Below the pieces are notes generated by a model. The model had not been told where the DNA came from, searched no databases, and was given only the letters and a program-made list of their open reading frames with translations. This document shows positions 29,119 through 39,883 of a stretch of DNA of 64,000 nucleotides, piece after piece (the first letter of the stretch is position 1; every line of letters begins with the position of its first letter). The DNA is from an uncultured delta proteobacterium (GTDB lineage Bacteria; Desulfobacterota; Binatia; UBA9968). Position numbers and translations under genes: made by a program. Where the stretch lies: the NCBI GenBank assembly GCA_963840855.1, contig CAWJBB010000087.1, positions 32,001-96,000 of the forward strand, written 5' to 3'.

Positions 29119-30369
29119 ATGCTGAGCCACGAGGAAAACGATTTTCTTACGCGGGTGGGCCGCGGCACTCCCATGGGAGATCTGCTGCGGCGCTATTGGT
29201 ACCCGGTGGCGGCAAGCTCAGAGCTGATCGATCGCCCGGTAAAGGCCGTGAAAATTCTCGGGGAAAACTTGGTTCTTTTTCGCGACAAGCAGGGTCGGCC
29301 CGGACTGGTCGGATCACAATGCGCGCACCGGCGCATGTCGATGGCCTTCGGCATTCCGCAAAACGAAGGGCTCCGCTGCGCCTACCACGGCTGGCTCTAT
29401 GGCCGTGATGGAAAGTGTTTGGAGCAGCCCTACGAGCAGGCGGAAGATCCGCATAGCACGTTTAAAGACCGCGTTGCCATTCCCGCTTACCCCGTTCAGG
29501 AACTTGGCGGATTGCTCTTTGCGTACCTGGGACCCCGGCCCGCGCCGCTCTTGCCGCGCTGGGATCTATTCGTTCGTGAGGGCGTCTTGCGCGACATCGG
29601 CTCAGCGGTGATTCCGTGCAACTGGCTGCAAATCATGGAAAACTCCCTCGACCCCGTTCACGTCGAGTGGCTGCACCAGCACTTCTTCAATCACGTTCAG
29701 GAACGGCTTGGTCGCTCGGATGCCATCAAAGGCAAGCCTGTGAAACACCAGAAGATCGCTTTCCGGGTGTTCGAGCACGGCATCATCAAAAACCGCTTGC
29801 TCGAGGGCGAAACCGAAGACAACGAAGACTGGAAAGTGGGACATCCGGTGCTTTTCCCCAACATTCTTCTGAGCGGCAGTACGCAGCGGCCCACGTTCCA
29901 AATACGCATTCCGGTCGATGACACGCACACACGGCATATCTGGTACACCTGTTATGCGCGGGACGATGTCAAAGAACCGCAGGAGGTTGTGCCGTATTAC
30001 GAAGTGCCGGTGCCAAGCGTCGACAAGGACGGCGAACCGGAGTGGGCGCTGCTCGACAATAACAGCGGCGAAGACATCGCGGCGTGGGTGACGCAAGGTG
30101 AGATCGCCGACCGGTCGGAGGAAAGACTCGGGCTTTCGGACAAAGGGATCATTCTTTATCGCCAATTGTTGAAACAAGAGTGTGAAAAAATGCAGCGCGG
30201 GGAAGATCCGATAAACGTCTTTCGCGATCCGGCGAAAAACGTTTTTCTCAAGCTCCGCCTCGAAGACGCCAAACTCAACAGCGGCAGCTTCCGCGCCGGC
30301 CCGCGCCGGCAAGGCGGAGCGACGAAATATAGCCCGGTTCTTGATCAGGAACAGCAGGATGCAAAATAA
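29119..30369 (+). CDS. Rieske oxygenase alpha subunit (copy 1)
   Basis: CAH..CAYH; ENSLDPVHVEWLH; ED. Confidence 0.9.
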   Translation: MLSHEENDFLTRVGRGTPMGDLLRRYWYPVAASSELIDRPVKAVKILGENLVLFRDKQGRPGLVGSQCAHRRMSMAFGIPQNEGLRCAYHGWLYGRDGKCLEQPYEQAEDPHSTFKDRVAIPAYPVQELGGLLFAYLGPRPAPLLPRWDLFVREGVLRDIGSAVIPCNWLQIMENSLDPVHVEWLHQHFFNHVQERLGRSDAIKGKPVKHQKIAFRVFEHGIIKNRLLEGETEDNEDWKVGHPVLFPNILLSGSTQRPTFQIRIPVDDTHTRHIWYTCYARDDVKEPQEVVPYYEVPVPSVDKDGEPEWALLDNNSGEDIAAWVTQGEIADRSEERLGLSDKGIILYRQLLKQECEKMQRGEDPINVFRDPAKNVFLKLRLEDAKLNSGSFRAGPRRQGGATKYSPVLDQEQQDAK

Positions 30370-30476
30370 CCGTTCCAATCGTTCCAGGGGTTCCAGCAGT
30401 TCCAATCGTGGTCCCATGGGCGCTTGATCTAAGCGCCCAGGTAAGATATCAATTCAGCCGCGTAAGGGGGGTCACT

Positions 30477-32213
30477 ATGTCGAGGTCAGAAACAGCAGCC
30501 ATCGGCAAGCTTGCCGGATGGTCGTTCTTCCGATTGGACAGCGGCACCGCCCTGATGACGGTGCTCATCGGCTTCATGGGATTTTACGTTTGCTATCCTT
30601 TGATCTTGATTATCATTAACAGTTTTAACACCGCCACCATCGCCGAGCCTGAGGTTTACGGCCTGAAAGCTTGGAAAGAGGCGTTTAACGAACCCGGCAT
30701 TTGGCGCTCTCTTTGGAACAGCGTAAAAATCGGCATCGTCCTGCAAATAATTGCCCTGCCGAGCGGTATTTTCGTCTCCTGGTTGCTGGCGCGCACGAAT
30801 ATCTATTTCGCCAACGCCTTTGAATTCGGCTTTTGGGTTTCGTTTTTTCTGCCGAATCTCGCCACTACCTTCGGTTGGATGTTGCTGCTCGATCCGAGCA
30901 CGGGTTTGATCAACAATTGGCTGCGCACCGTGCCCTTTCTCGGAGGACTGAACTTCGACATATATACCTTTTGGGGCATTATCTGGGCGCACATCATGGC
31001 CAACGCCATTTCCACCAAAGTCATGCTCATGACGCCGGCGTTCCGGCGCATGGACGCCTCAATGGAAGAAGCGAGCCGGATGTCCGGCGCGAGCGCGCTG
31101 ACGACGATGCTGCGCATCACCGTGCCGGCCATGACGCCGGTGATTGTGGTCGTGTTCCTGCTCAGCGTGATCCGCATCTTCAGCAGCTTTGAAACCGAGC
31201 TGTTGCTCGGCGTGCCCTGGGGCTTTTATGTTTATGCCACGAAGATCGTTGATCTCGCCCGCCAGGAACCGCCGCTGGTCAATCAAGCAGCGGCGCTGGG
31301 CAGTGTCATCCTGGTTTTTCTCGTCCTCTTCATTCCGATCCAACGCCGGCTCATCGCGCGCCGGCAATTCACCACGGTGACCGGCCAATTCAAACCCAAA
31401 ATAATCGATCTCGGCGTGTGGCGTATTCCGGCGACGCTATTCGTCGGCTTCGTTGTCTTCTTGTTGACTGTGGTGCCAATTCTCAGCGTATTCGGCGGCA
31501 GTTTCATGACCCGCTTCGGTTTTTTCAACCTCCCAAAAACCTGGACGATGGAATATTGGAGGATGGCGCTGGCCGATCCGCGAATTATTCAAGGTCTGCA
31601 AAATACTCTAATCACCGCTTGTAGCGCCGCTATCTTCGGGGCGTTCTTCTTTTCTCTCGTGGGCTACGTCCTGGTGCGGACTAAATATCCGGGACGGGGG
31701 ATCCTCGATTCAATTTGCTGGTTGCCGTCGGCTATTCCGGGCGTGCTCTCCGGTCTCGGTCTGCTCTGGATGTTTCTCGGCACGCCTTTTTTCCGGCCCT
31801 TCTACGGGACTCTTTTCCTCTTGGTCATTGCGGTCGTCCTGGGCGGAATCACGCTATCGACACAGATTCTCAAGGCTAACTTCGTTCAGTTGGGCCAAGA
31901 GTTGGAGGAAGCGAGCCGGATGTCCGGGGCCGGCTTCTGGCGCACCTATTTCACAGTGGTCTTCCCGCTGATGGCGCAGACCATGGTGTTGGTGGCCGTG
32001 CTGAAATTCACGATGGCTGCTCAGAACGCGTCGAGTATTATTCTTCTGGCGACCTCGGAAACGAGAACACTGTCGTTGTTGGTGCTGGACCAAGTGGCGG
32101 CCGGCTACCGCGAGGTAGCCAGCATTACGGTGATTTTCATCGTGCTGCTCACATTGGGGGTGGCCTTGGTGGCCAGATCGTTCGGGCTTAAAGTTGGTAT
32201 TCGGGCGGAGTGA
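30477..32213 (+). CDS. ABC transporter permease, FbpB/AfuB-like (copy 1)
   Basis: Two EAA loops (MEEASRMSGA; LEEASRMSGA); multiple TM segments. Confidence 0.9.
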   Translation: MSRSETAAIGKLAGWSFFRLDSGTALMTVLIGFMGFYVCYPLILIIINSFNTATIAEPEVYGLKAWKEAFNEPGIWRSLWNSVKIGIVLQIIALPSGIFVSWLLARTNIYFANAFEFGFWVSFFLPNLATTFGWMLLLDPSTGLINNWLRTVPFLGGLNFDIYTFWGIIWAHIMANAISTKVMLMTPAFRRMDASMEEASRMSGASALTTMLRITVPAMTPVIVVVFLLSVIRIFSSFETELLLGVPWGFYVYATKIVDLARQEPPLVNQAAALGSVILVFLVLFIPIQRRLIARRQFTTVTGQFKPKIIDLGVWRIPATLFVGFVVFLLTVVPILSVFGGSFMTRFGFFNLPKTWTMEYWRMALADPRIIQGLQNTLITACSAAIFGAFFFSLVGYVLVRTKYPGRGILDSICWLPSAIPGVLSGLGLLWMFLGTPFFRPFYGTLFLLVIAVVLGGITLSTQILKANFVQLGQELEEASRMSGAGFWRTYFTVVFPLMAQTMVLVAVLKFTMAAQNASSIILLATSETRTLSLLVLDQVAAGYREVASITVIFIVLLTLGVALVARSFGLKVGIRAE

Positions 32214-32371
32214 TTACAGATATTAATCGGACGGTTGAAGATCGAGGATGGAAGCCTGTCCTGAGCGCAGTCGAAGGGATCGAATATTCAATATTGCGAT
32301 CCTCTATCATCGATCCTCGATCCACATTTTCTAAGTGACGCTTCGTTAAGGGTCTGGCAAGGATCGAGCGC

Positions 32372-33325
32372 GTGAGTTTTTTGCGCATTCAAAACCTCTG
32401 TAAAACCTTCGACCGCGTGGTCGCGGTTGATCGCATCAATCTCGAGATCGCCGAAGGCGAATTTTTCACTCTGCTCGGCTCCAGCGGATGCGGCAAGACG
32501 ACGACCCTGCGCATGGTCGGAGGCCTGGAAAAACCCGACGGCGGTGAGATCCATCTGGGTGGTCAATGCCTGGTTTCCGGCGAGAAGAATCTATTTATCA
32601 AACCGGAAAAGCGCAACATGGGCATGGTTTTTCAATCCTACGCCTTGTGGCCGCACATGACCGTATTTGAAAATGTCGTTTATCCGCTGAAATTGCGCGG
32701 CATCAGGGGAAGCGCCGCGGAGAAAAAAGTCGCCGAAGTGCTTGAGCTGGTTGGGCTGGGAGGCCTGGAGGACCGGCCGGCGCCAGCATTGAGCGGCGGA
32801 CAGCAACAGCGGGTAGCGCTCGCCCGGGCATTGGTATTCTCGCCGAAAGTGTTGTTGCTTGATGAACCGCTGAGCAATCTCGACGCGCAACTGCGCGAGG
32901 AGATGCGCCGGGAGTTAAAAGCACTGCAGCAGCGTGTCAATGTCACGGTGATTTTTGTCACCCATGATCAAATCGAAGCGCTGAGTTTGTCCGATCGGAT
33001 CGCCATCATGAAGTTCGGCGTCCTCGAACAGGTCGGCACGCCGGTAGAAGTTTACTATCATCCGGCGACCCCGTTCGTGCGCGATTTTCTAGGGAAAACG
33101 TTTTTGCTTCCGGGCAAGGTCCAAAGCGCCACCGATCAGCTGATCAACGTGGAGATTCAGCAGCACGCCGCTACTCCGCTCGTTATCCAACGCAGGAGTG
33201 CCACTTTGTCCGACAACGGGTCTCTGGCCGTCGGTCAGTCCGTAATGGTCGCTATTCGTCCCGAGCAAGTCGAGTTGTGGGGGAGCTTGCCGGAGGGACG
33301 GGCCAACATGATTCAAGGGAATTTA
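32372..33325 (+). pseudogene. ABC ATP-binding protein, C-terminally truncated at duplication junction
   Basis: GSSGCGKTT, LSGGQQQRVALARAL, LLLDEP. Lacks the last 53 codons present in copy 2. Confidence 0.85.
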
Positions 33326-33343
33326 ATAGCGAAGGAGAGAAAT

Positions 33344-34285
33344 ATGTCTGAGTACGCGACGATGGAAATTCGCGGGTTTTACCGGTCGCATTCGCATCTA
33401 CCCATTTGGGAAGTCATGGAGAAGGCGGGAATATGGGAACAAAACGGGCTAAAAGTAGGTTTCGAGTTCTGTGACAGCTCATCCGCGGCGGAAAAAGCGC
33501 TGTTCGGCGGCGGCGTCGATTTTGTTTCAGGCAATCACATCTCGCCGTACTTATTGGTCAAGCGCGGCCAGCCGATTGTCTGTCTTACCTCACCCTCGAA
33601 CACGACTAATGATAGGTTGGTGACGAACTTTCCGATCAAACGAGTCTCGGAGCTTCGTGGCAAGAAGATCGGCGACACCACATTGGTTGACTCCATTGGC
33701 GGCTATCATCACCCGCGCGGCAATCATATGCTCTACGTCATGGCCGGCGGCTTGCGCCTCGATGAAGTGGAATTCGTCGAGCTGACCGAATCGAACAATG
33801 AGTTTCGCGCGATGCAGATGGAGGTTCTCAAATCTCGCAAAGTCGATGCGATTTTTGTCACCGGCAACACGGAAAAGTTTGAGCAGGCTGGCATGACGGT
33901 CTTGCCCCTCGACCGGCTGCCTATGATCAACGGTCCGACGCTGACATCGACGCTCACGACGCTGCAGAAAAAAACCGGGCTCGCGGAACGGTTGGTAAAG
34001 GCGCAGGTGATGGGAATTCACTTCGCGCGCACCCGCCGGGGAGAAACCGAAGAAATTCTCGCAGGGCTCAGGCAAAGAGTGCCGGAGTGCAAGAACGTTC
34101 AGTATCGGAGCGTTTCGAAACTCCTGCCCAAGCCCTATCCGGACCACGAGGCGGTGGCGAACGCGTACAAGCTCTGTTGCTTGAAAAACCCGGAGGCCGA
34201 AGAGATGAGCCCCATGGCGTTGTGGGATCTACATTACCTGAGGGAGCTGGACAATTCTGGATTCATCGATGATTTATACAATAGG
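33344..34285 (+). CDS. NMT1/SsuA-like protein (copy 2); stop lost by apparent 1-nt deletion
   Basis: Near-identical to 22561-23502; tacaatag here vs tacaagtag in copy 1. Confidence 0.75.
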
Positions 34286-34689
34286 ATCCCGAGACATAAC
34301 CAGAGGACCTTGGCGTATTCCCGCCCTTCGGCAGGGCTCAGGACAAGCTCCAGCGAGAATCCAGAAGTCCCTGGATTCCGGCTCGCGCTTCCTCGCGAAA
34401 GCGGGGATCACGCCAGCTTGGCCGGAATGACGGGTAAGGATTTTCAAAGAACACACCGGAAGGGAAGTGGAGCGATTGCAGAGAGTCATTCCCGCGCATG
34501 CGGGAATCCAGGTTATTTCGTAGTTCAACCGGGGAAGGAACCTGGATGCCCGCTTTCGCGGGCATGACGCAAGGGAATTATGCGACGCGGGGGGCGCCCG
34601 GGTTCGGCTGCCATCGCCCGGATTGACTTCGCATACCCCATTAGAAATATACTATGGGCGCCCGCAGGTTTCATATGAGGAAGGTGAAT

Positions 34690-35820
34690 ATGATCGCATT
34701 GGCAGTGACAGTTCGGAGATTTTCTCAAGCAGCGCTGATGGTTGTTGGTTTGGTTTCGCTGGCCACCAGCGCATCCGCCCAATCCGATTGGCAAAAGGAG
34801 TGGGAAAAAACTCTTGCCGCGGCCAAGAAAGAGGGGCAGGTCAATATTTATATTTACCGCTACGAAGGACTGCTCCAGGACTTCAGGCGCGACTATCCAG
34901 GCATTAACGTGGTCTCCGTCACGGGCAGGGGCAACGAGATGACCAATCGGATCATGGCGGAACGGCGGGCAGGCAAGTTCATCGCCGATGTTTATAGCGG
35001 CGGGACGAACAGTCTTTACAACACTTTATATAAGGGTAAGGCGCTCGATCCGCTCAAACCGGCGCTGATGCTGCCCGAGGTCACGGATACTTCAAAATGG
35101 TACGGTAACGAGCATCGTTACGCCGACCCGGAGAACAAATACATTTTTGCTTTCATCGGCAGCCCGAGTAACGCCCAGTTGGCGTACAACACGAATCTGG
35201 TCAACCCCAAAGAATTCAAATCTTACCAGGATGTCATTAATCCCAAGTGGAAGGGCAAGATCGTCTCGCTGGACCCGCGCGACACGGGGCTGGGCGCGAC
35301 GATGCAATTTTACTATTACAGTCCGGAGATCGGGCCGGAGTTCATGAGGAAGTTTTTCGGCGGCATGGATATTACATACGTTAAGAATTTTCGCCAGATG
35401 ACCGATTGGCTAGCGCAGGGAAAATTTGCTATCTGCATGGGTTGTAAGGACTCCATGAGGGCCAAGAACCAGGGGCTTCCGGTGGATGATTTCGATACCA
35501 ACCGGTGGAAGGAAGGGTCGAGCTTTTCGGCGGGCGGCGGCTCGCTCGGCTTGATGAATCAGGCGCCACACCCAAACGCCGCGAAAGTTTTTATCAATTG
35601 GTTCCTCTCGCGCAAGGGGCAGATTGCTCTGCAAAGGCTTGGCGACGTGGATGATCCTGCCAACTCGCGGCGGATCGATATTCCCAAGGACGATCTTCCG
35701 CCGGACGCGCGGATGCAGCCGGGAGTCAAGTATTTCGATGTTGTAAAACCCGAATATGGTGATATGAAACCGATTTTCGACCTGGCGAAAGAAATCATGG
35801 CGGGAGTGGAAAAAAGATAG
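34690..35820 (+). CDS. ABC substrate-binding protein (clade A) copy 2
   Basis: Near-identical to 23927. Confidence 0.88.
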   Translation: MIALAVTVRRFSQAALMVVGLVSLATSASAQSDWQKEWEKTLAAAKKEGQVNIYIYRYEGLLQDFRRDYPGINVVSVTGRGNEMTNRIMAERRAGKFIADVYSGGTNSLYNTLYKGKALDPLKPALMLPEVTDTSKWYGNEHRYADPENKYIFAFIGSPSNAQLAYNTNLVNPKEFKSYQDVINPKWKGKIVSLDPRDTGLGATMQFYYYSPEIGPEFMRKFFGGMDITYVKNFRQMTDWLAQGKFAICMGCKDSMRAKNQGLPVDDFDTNRWKEGSSFSAGGGSLGLMNQAPHPNAAKVFINWFLSRKGQIALQRLGDVDDPANSRRIDIPKDDLPPDARMQPGVKYFDVVKPEYGDMKPIFDLAKEIMAGVEKR

Positions 35821-36052
35821 GGTTCTTCACTGGAACAGGGGATTTACTCGCGCCGAGGCGCAAAGTACGCCAAGTTCGGAGGGGAAAGATGAATAGTCTA
35901 TCAGAAAAGTTTCACCGTTATCGTCCGACCTTTGCGGCCTTGGCGCCTTTGCGCGAGATATTCTGAATTTCGGTTGCGGCCCTGCCGCGCTGGGCTCTGT
36001 GGTGAATACGCCTTCACTGGAAACCCAGAAGAGCCAAAAATAGGAGCGCAAT

Positions 36053-37222
36053 ATGCTCACACGCGAAGAAAATGAGATGTTGACGCGAGTCGGGCGCGGC
36101 ACACCGGCGGGCGAAATGCTGCGGCGCTACTGGATGCCGGTTGCGTGCGCCGGAGAGCTTACCGATGAGAAGCCGATTAAAGCCTTTCGGCATTTGGGTG
36201 AGAATCTCGTTGTCTTTCGCGACAAGAAGGGGCGCTATGGCGTTGTCGCGGAGCAGTGCTCGCATCGCAAAGCTTCACTGGCTTTTGGCCGCGTCGATGA
36301 AGAAGGAATTCGCTGTCCCTATCACGGCTGGAAGTATGACTGCACGGGAAGATGCCTGGAGCAGCCTGCCGAGCCTGAAGAGGGCGGGTTTAAGGATAAG
36401 ATCAAACAGACGGCGTATCCGGCGGAGAGGTTAGGCGGATTGATATGGGCTTACTTGGGACCGGAGCCGAGACCGTTGCTGCCGCGCTGGGATGTGTTGG
36501 TGTGGGAGGATGGCAAACGCTGGATCGAAAAGCACGAGATCTATAATTGCAACTGGCTCCAGCCGATGGAGAACTCGGTGGACCCGTCGCATCTCTTTTG
36601 GCTGCACGGCGATACGGCGCACCTGGTCGGCACTACCGTGGATCACTACGAGGAAGAGCATAACTTCATCCCGTTCGAATACGGCATCATCAAACAGCGG
36701 CGTACTCCGGGCAGAAAGCCCGGTGAAGGTCCCAAGCTCGATCAACATCCGCTGGTTTTTCCAATCACGCTGCGACATGTTTTCCGCGCGCTAAAGACCG
36801 ACGGATTGTTTCGCCACAACTTGCAGATACGCGTGCCCGTGGACGACGCGCACACGCAGGTTTTCGTAGTCTATTTTACGCCCAATGACACCGATCGCTC
36901 GCCCGCCGACGCCGATACGCCGTGGGAGTATTTTCCGATTCGGGATGAGAAAGGTGAGTATCGTCTCGAGCATGTGCTGGTGCAGGACGCGATGGCGTGG
37001 GAAACCCAGGGGGCCCCTACCGACCGCACGCAGGAACATCTCGGCGTCGGCGACGAAGGAGTTATCCTGTTGCGCAAAATCGTGCGCGAGCAGATCGAGA
37101 TCGTGCGCAAAGGCGGCGAACCTCTCGGCATCGTGCGCGATGCTAGTAAAAATCAGTTGATCGAGTTCGACGTGATCAACGAACGCGTCGGTCTATTTGG
37201 CCGGCAGCAGAAGGTGGCGTAA
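36053..37222 (+). CDS. Rieske oxygenase alpha subunit (copy 2)
   Basis: Near-identical to 25289. Confidence 0.9.
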   Translation: MLTREENEMLTRVGRGTPAGEMLRRYWMPVACAGELTDEKPIKAFRHLGENLVVFRDKKGRYGVVAEQCSHRKASLAFGRVDEEGIRCPYHGWKYDCTGRCLEQPAEPEEGGFKDKIKQTAYPAERLGGLIWAYLGPEPRPLLPRWDVLVWEDGKRWIEKHEIYNCNWLQPMENSVDPSHLFWLHGDTAHLVGTTVDHYEEEHNFIPFEYGIIKQRRTPGRKPGEGPKLDQHPLVFPITLRHVFRALKTDGLFRHNLQIRVPVDDAHTQVFVVYFTPNDTDRSPADADTPWEYFPIRDEKGEYRLEHVLVQDAMAWETQGAPTDRTQEHLGVGDEGVILLRKIVREQIEIVRKGGEPLGIVRDASKNQLIEFDVINERVGLFGRQQKVA

Positions 37223-37411
37223 GCGCGCGCGCCGCGCGCGGTTCAAGGTTCCGGGTTCAAGGTTCAAAGTGGCGCCTGCGGCGCGGTTCAAGGTTCCGGG
37301 TTCAAGGTTCAATGTCCCGTCCCCACCTTGAACTTTGAACCTTGAACGTTGAACAGGCGAAGCCATTGAACATTGAACGTTGAACCACACTATCCCCAGG
37401 AGGTATTTCTT

Positions 37412-38515
37412 ATGGCAACTGACCAGCGGCCGGATGATTTAAAACCCGGCAGAACCGACACCTACAAAGAATGGCAGGCGGCGCAGAACATCCCGGTGAT
37501 TGGCGGCTTTTTTGTCAAGGACGTCAACCAAGTTGAATTGGCGCCTTGGGACCTAAAAGGCGGCAACGCGGCGTTCGTGGTTCTCGACGGCACCGGCGGC
37601 GTGAACGACGCGCAGATCGTGGAGATCGCGCCCGGTGGCAAACTTAAACCGCAGAAACATCTCTACGAAGAAATGGTTTACGTGACCAAGGGGGTTGGCG
37701 CGACGACCGTATGGCAAAAGGACGGCAACAAAAAACACACTTTTGAATGGGGGCCGGGAAGCCTTTTCGCCATTCCGCTCAACTCGCGCTACCAGCACTT
37801 CAACGCCAGCGGCACCGACACCGCGCGGTATTTTTCCGTGACCAACTGCTGTTTCATGGTCAATCTGTTTCACAACGTGGAATTTGTTTTCGGCGACGAG
37901 TGGGAATTTCTCGATCGTTTCGACCCCCGCAGCGAAGGCTATTTCAGCGGCAAGGGCGAGGTTTTCGGGCGATTCTTCATGACGACGAATTTTGTCCCGG
38001 ACACGCACACCATCGGGCTTGCCGACTACAAAGAGCGGGGCAAGGGCAGCACGAACATGAAGTTCGATCTCGCCAAGAACACCATGGGCGCGCATATCTC
38101 CGAGTTTCCCGTGGGCACCTATAAGAAAGGTCACCGGCATGGTCCCGGCGCCCACGTGATCATTCTCAGCGGCCAGGGATATTCGACCCTCTGGCCGGAG
38201 GGCGACGAGATGCGCCGCGTGGACTGGGGGCCAGGCAGCGTTGTCGTGCCGCCCGACCAGTGGTTCCACCAGCATTTCAATTCCGGCGCCAAGCCGGCGC
38301 GCTATCTCGCGCTGCGCTGGAACAATTGGCGTTTCCGCTTCATGCGCATGCAAGACGGCGAAGGCAGCACCTACACCAGCGTCAAGCAGGGCGGCGGCCA
38401 GATCGAGTTCGAAGACGAAGACCCTGCGGTACACCGCGACTTCGAAGCGGCGATGCGGAAAGTCGGCGCTAAGTGCGCGATGGGCTCGTATCATCCGGGT
38501 TGCACGGTCAAGTAG
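37412..38515 (+). CDS. bicupin protein (copy 2), flanked by heptamer inverted repeats (about 37240-37386 and 38534-38663)
   Basis: Translation matches 26645. Confidence 0.85.
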   Translation: MATDQRPDDLKPGRTDTYKEWQAAQNIPVIGGFFVKDVNQVELAPWDLKGGNAAFVVLDGTGGVNDAQIVEIAPGGKLKPQKHLYEEMVYVTKGVGATTVWQKDGNKKHTFEWGPGSLFAIPLNSRYQHFNASGTDTARYFSVTNCCFMVNLFHNVEFVFGDEWEFLDRFDPRSEGYFSGKGEVFGRFFMTTNFVPDTHTIGLADYKERGKGSTNMKFDLAKNTMGAHISEFPVGTYKKGHRHGPGAHVIILSGQGYSTLWPEGDEMRRVDWGPGSVVVPPDQWFHQHFNSGAKPARYLALRWNNWRFRFMRMQDGEGSTYTSVKQGGGQIEFEDEDPAVHRDFEAAMRKVGAKCAMGSYHPGCTVK

Positions 38516-38723
38516 TCGCGCGTGGCTACTGCTGTTCAAGGTTCCATGCTTCGTCTGTTCAAAGTTCAAGGTTCAAAGTTCAAGGTTGAGGACGACTAAT
38601 TGAACCTTGAACATGGAACCTTGAACAGCGCCGCACGCCACGTTGGACCTTGAACTTTGAACCAGTAATCACAGGTCCATTGCCTTCGAGCGGCGGGTTC
38701 GCGCCTCGATTTGCCGAGTTGAT

Positions 38724-39864
38724 ATGATCGCGTCCAGCAGAATCATTTTTCTCACTCTCGCGTTTCTGCACGCGCTTGCGCCCGCGGCGTTTGCCGCCGA
38801 TGCGACTTTACAGCGGGAACAAGAATGGAACCGCGCGGTGCGCGCGGCGGAGCAGGAGGGAGAGATCGTCCTTTCCGCGCTGAGCGAAGTTGGAGAAGTG
38901 TTTACCCACGGCGGGTTCCAGAAGAAATTTCCCAAGATCAAACTGAACGTCGTGCCCGCTCGCGGCGGCGATCAGGTCACGAGAATCATGGCTGAACGAC
39001 GCGCGGGGAAGTTTCTCGTTGACGTCGGGAATATGGGCAATACCTCGCCCTACCGCCTCTATCAAGCCAGGGTGCTCGATCCGATCGCATCCGCGTTTCT
39101 CATCCCCGAAGTCGAAGACGAATCCAAGTGGTGGCAAGGAAAACACCAATTCATCGATCCGGAAGGCAAGTATATCTTCGTGTACGTCGCCGCGCCGCTT
39201 TATTTAGTCGGCTATAACACTAAGCTCGTAAATCCCAGCGAGTTCAAGTCTTATTGGGATTTGCTCAACCCTAAGTGGAAGGGAAAAATCGTCGTCTTCG
39301 ATCTGCAAGCCGGCGGCTTCGCCGCGACGCGGGACCGTTTCTTCTATCATCATCCCGAGTTGGGAGCGGATTTTCTCACCAGGCTTCACAGCGAGATGGA
39401 TGTCACGCTTTACCGGCGCTATCCTCAGGGCGAAGACTGGCTCGCCGCCGGAAAGTACAGTTTGTGTCTCTGCCGCCACCAGTCGATCAGTGAAGCTAAA
39501 AGCCAGGGGTTGCCGGTGGATCTGGTCGAGCCTTCGCGCGTTTAAAGAAGGTATCGGCATTGAAACCCGCGCCAAGACCCTCGTTCTGATGAACAAGCCG
39601 CCGCATCCGAATGCGGCGAAGGTTTTCATCTCGTGGTTTTTGTCGCGCGAAGGGCAAATCGATTTTCAGAAAACCTCCGCGAAATTTACCGACGCGGGCG
39701 CCGAGGGTTCGCTGAGAATGGATATTCCGAAGGATGACATTCCGGCGCGCAACCGGATCCATGCCGGAGGGAAATACCTTCCACAGTGGAATCCCGAGCA
39801 TTTCGAGATGAAACCCATCATCCAGCTTATCAGCCAGGCGCAAGCCAAAGCCAAAAAGCAGTGA
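38724..39864 (+). pseudogene. ABC substrate-binding protein copy 2, +1 frameshift near 39533
   Basis: ccttcgcgcg here vs cctggcgcg in copy 1. Confidence 0.82.
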
Positions 39865-39883
39865 GTGGAACAAAGGAGTCATT

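Noticed and set aside
30424-30452. TTGATC-N17-TATCAA as promoter or FNR box
   Set aside because: The -10 is weak and the spacing is far from the FNR TTGAT-N4-ATCAA pattern.
34286-34567. C-terminal extension of NMT1-like copy 2
   Set aside because: It is read-through into repeats caused by a 1-nt difference at the stop seen in copy 1.
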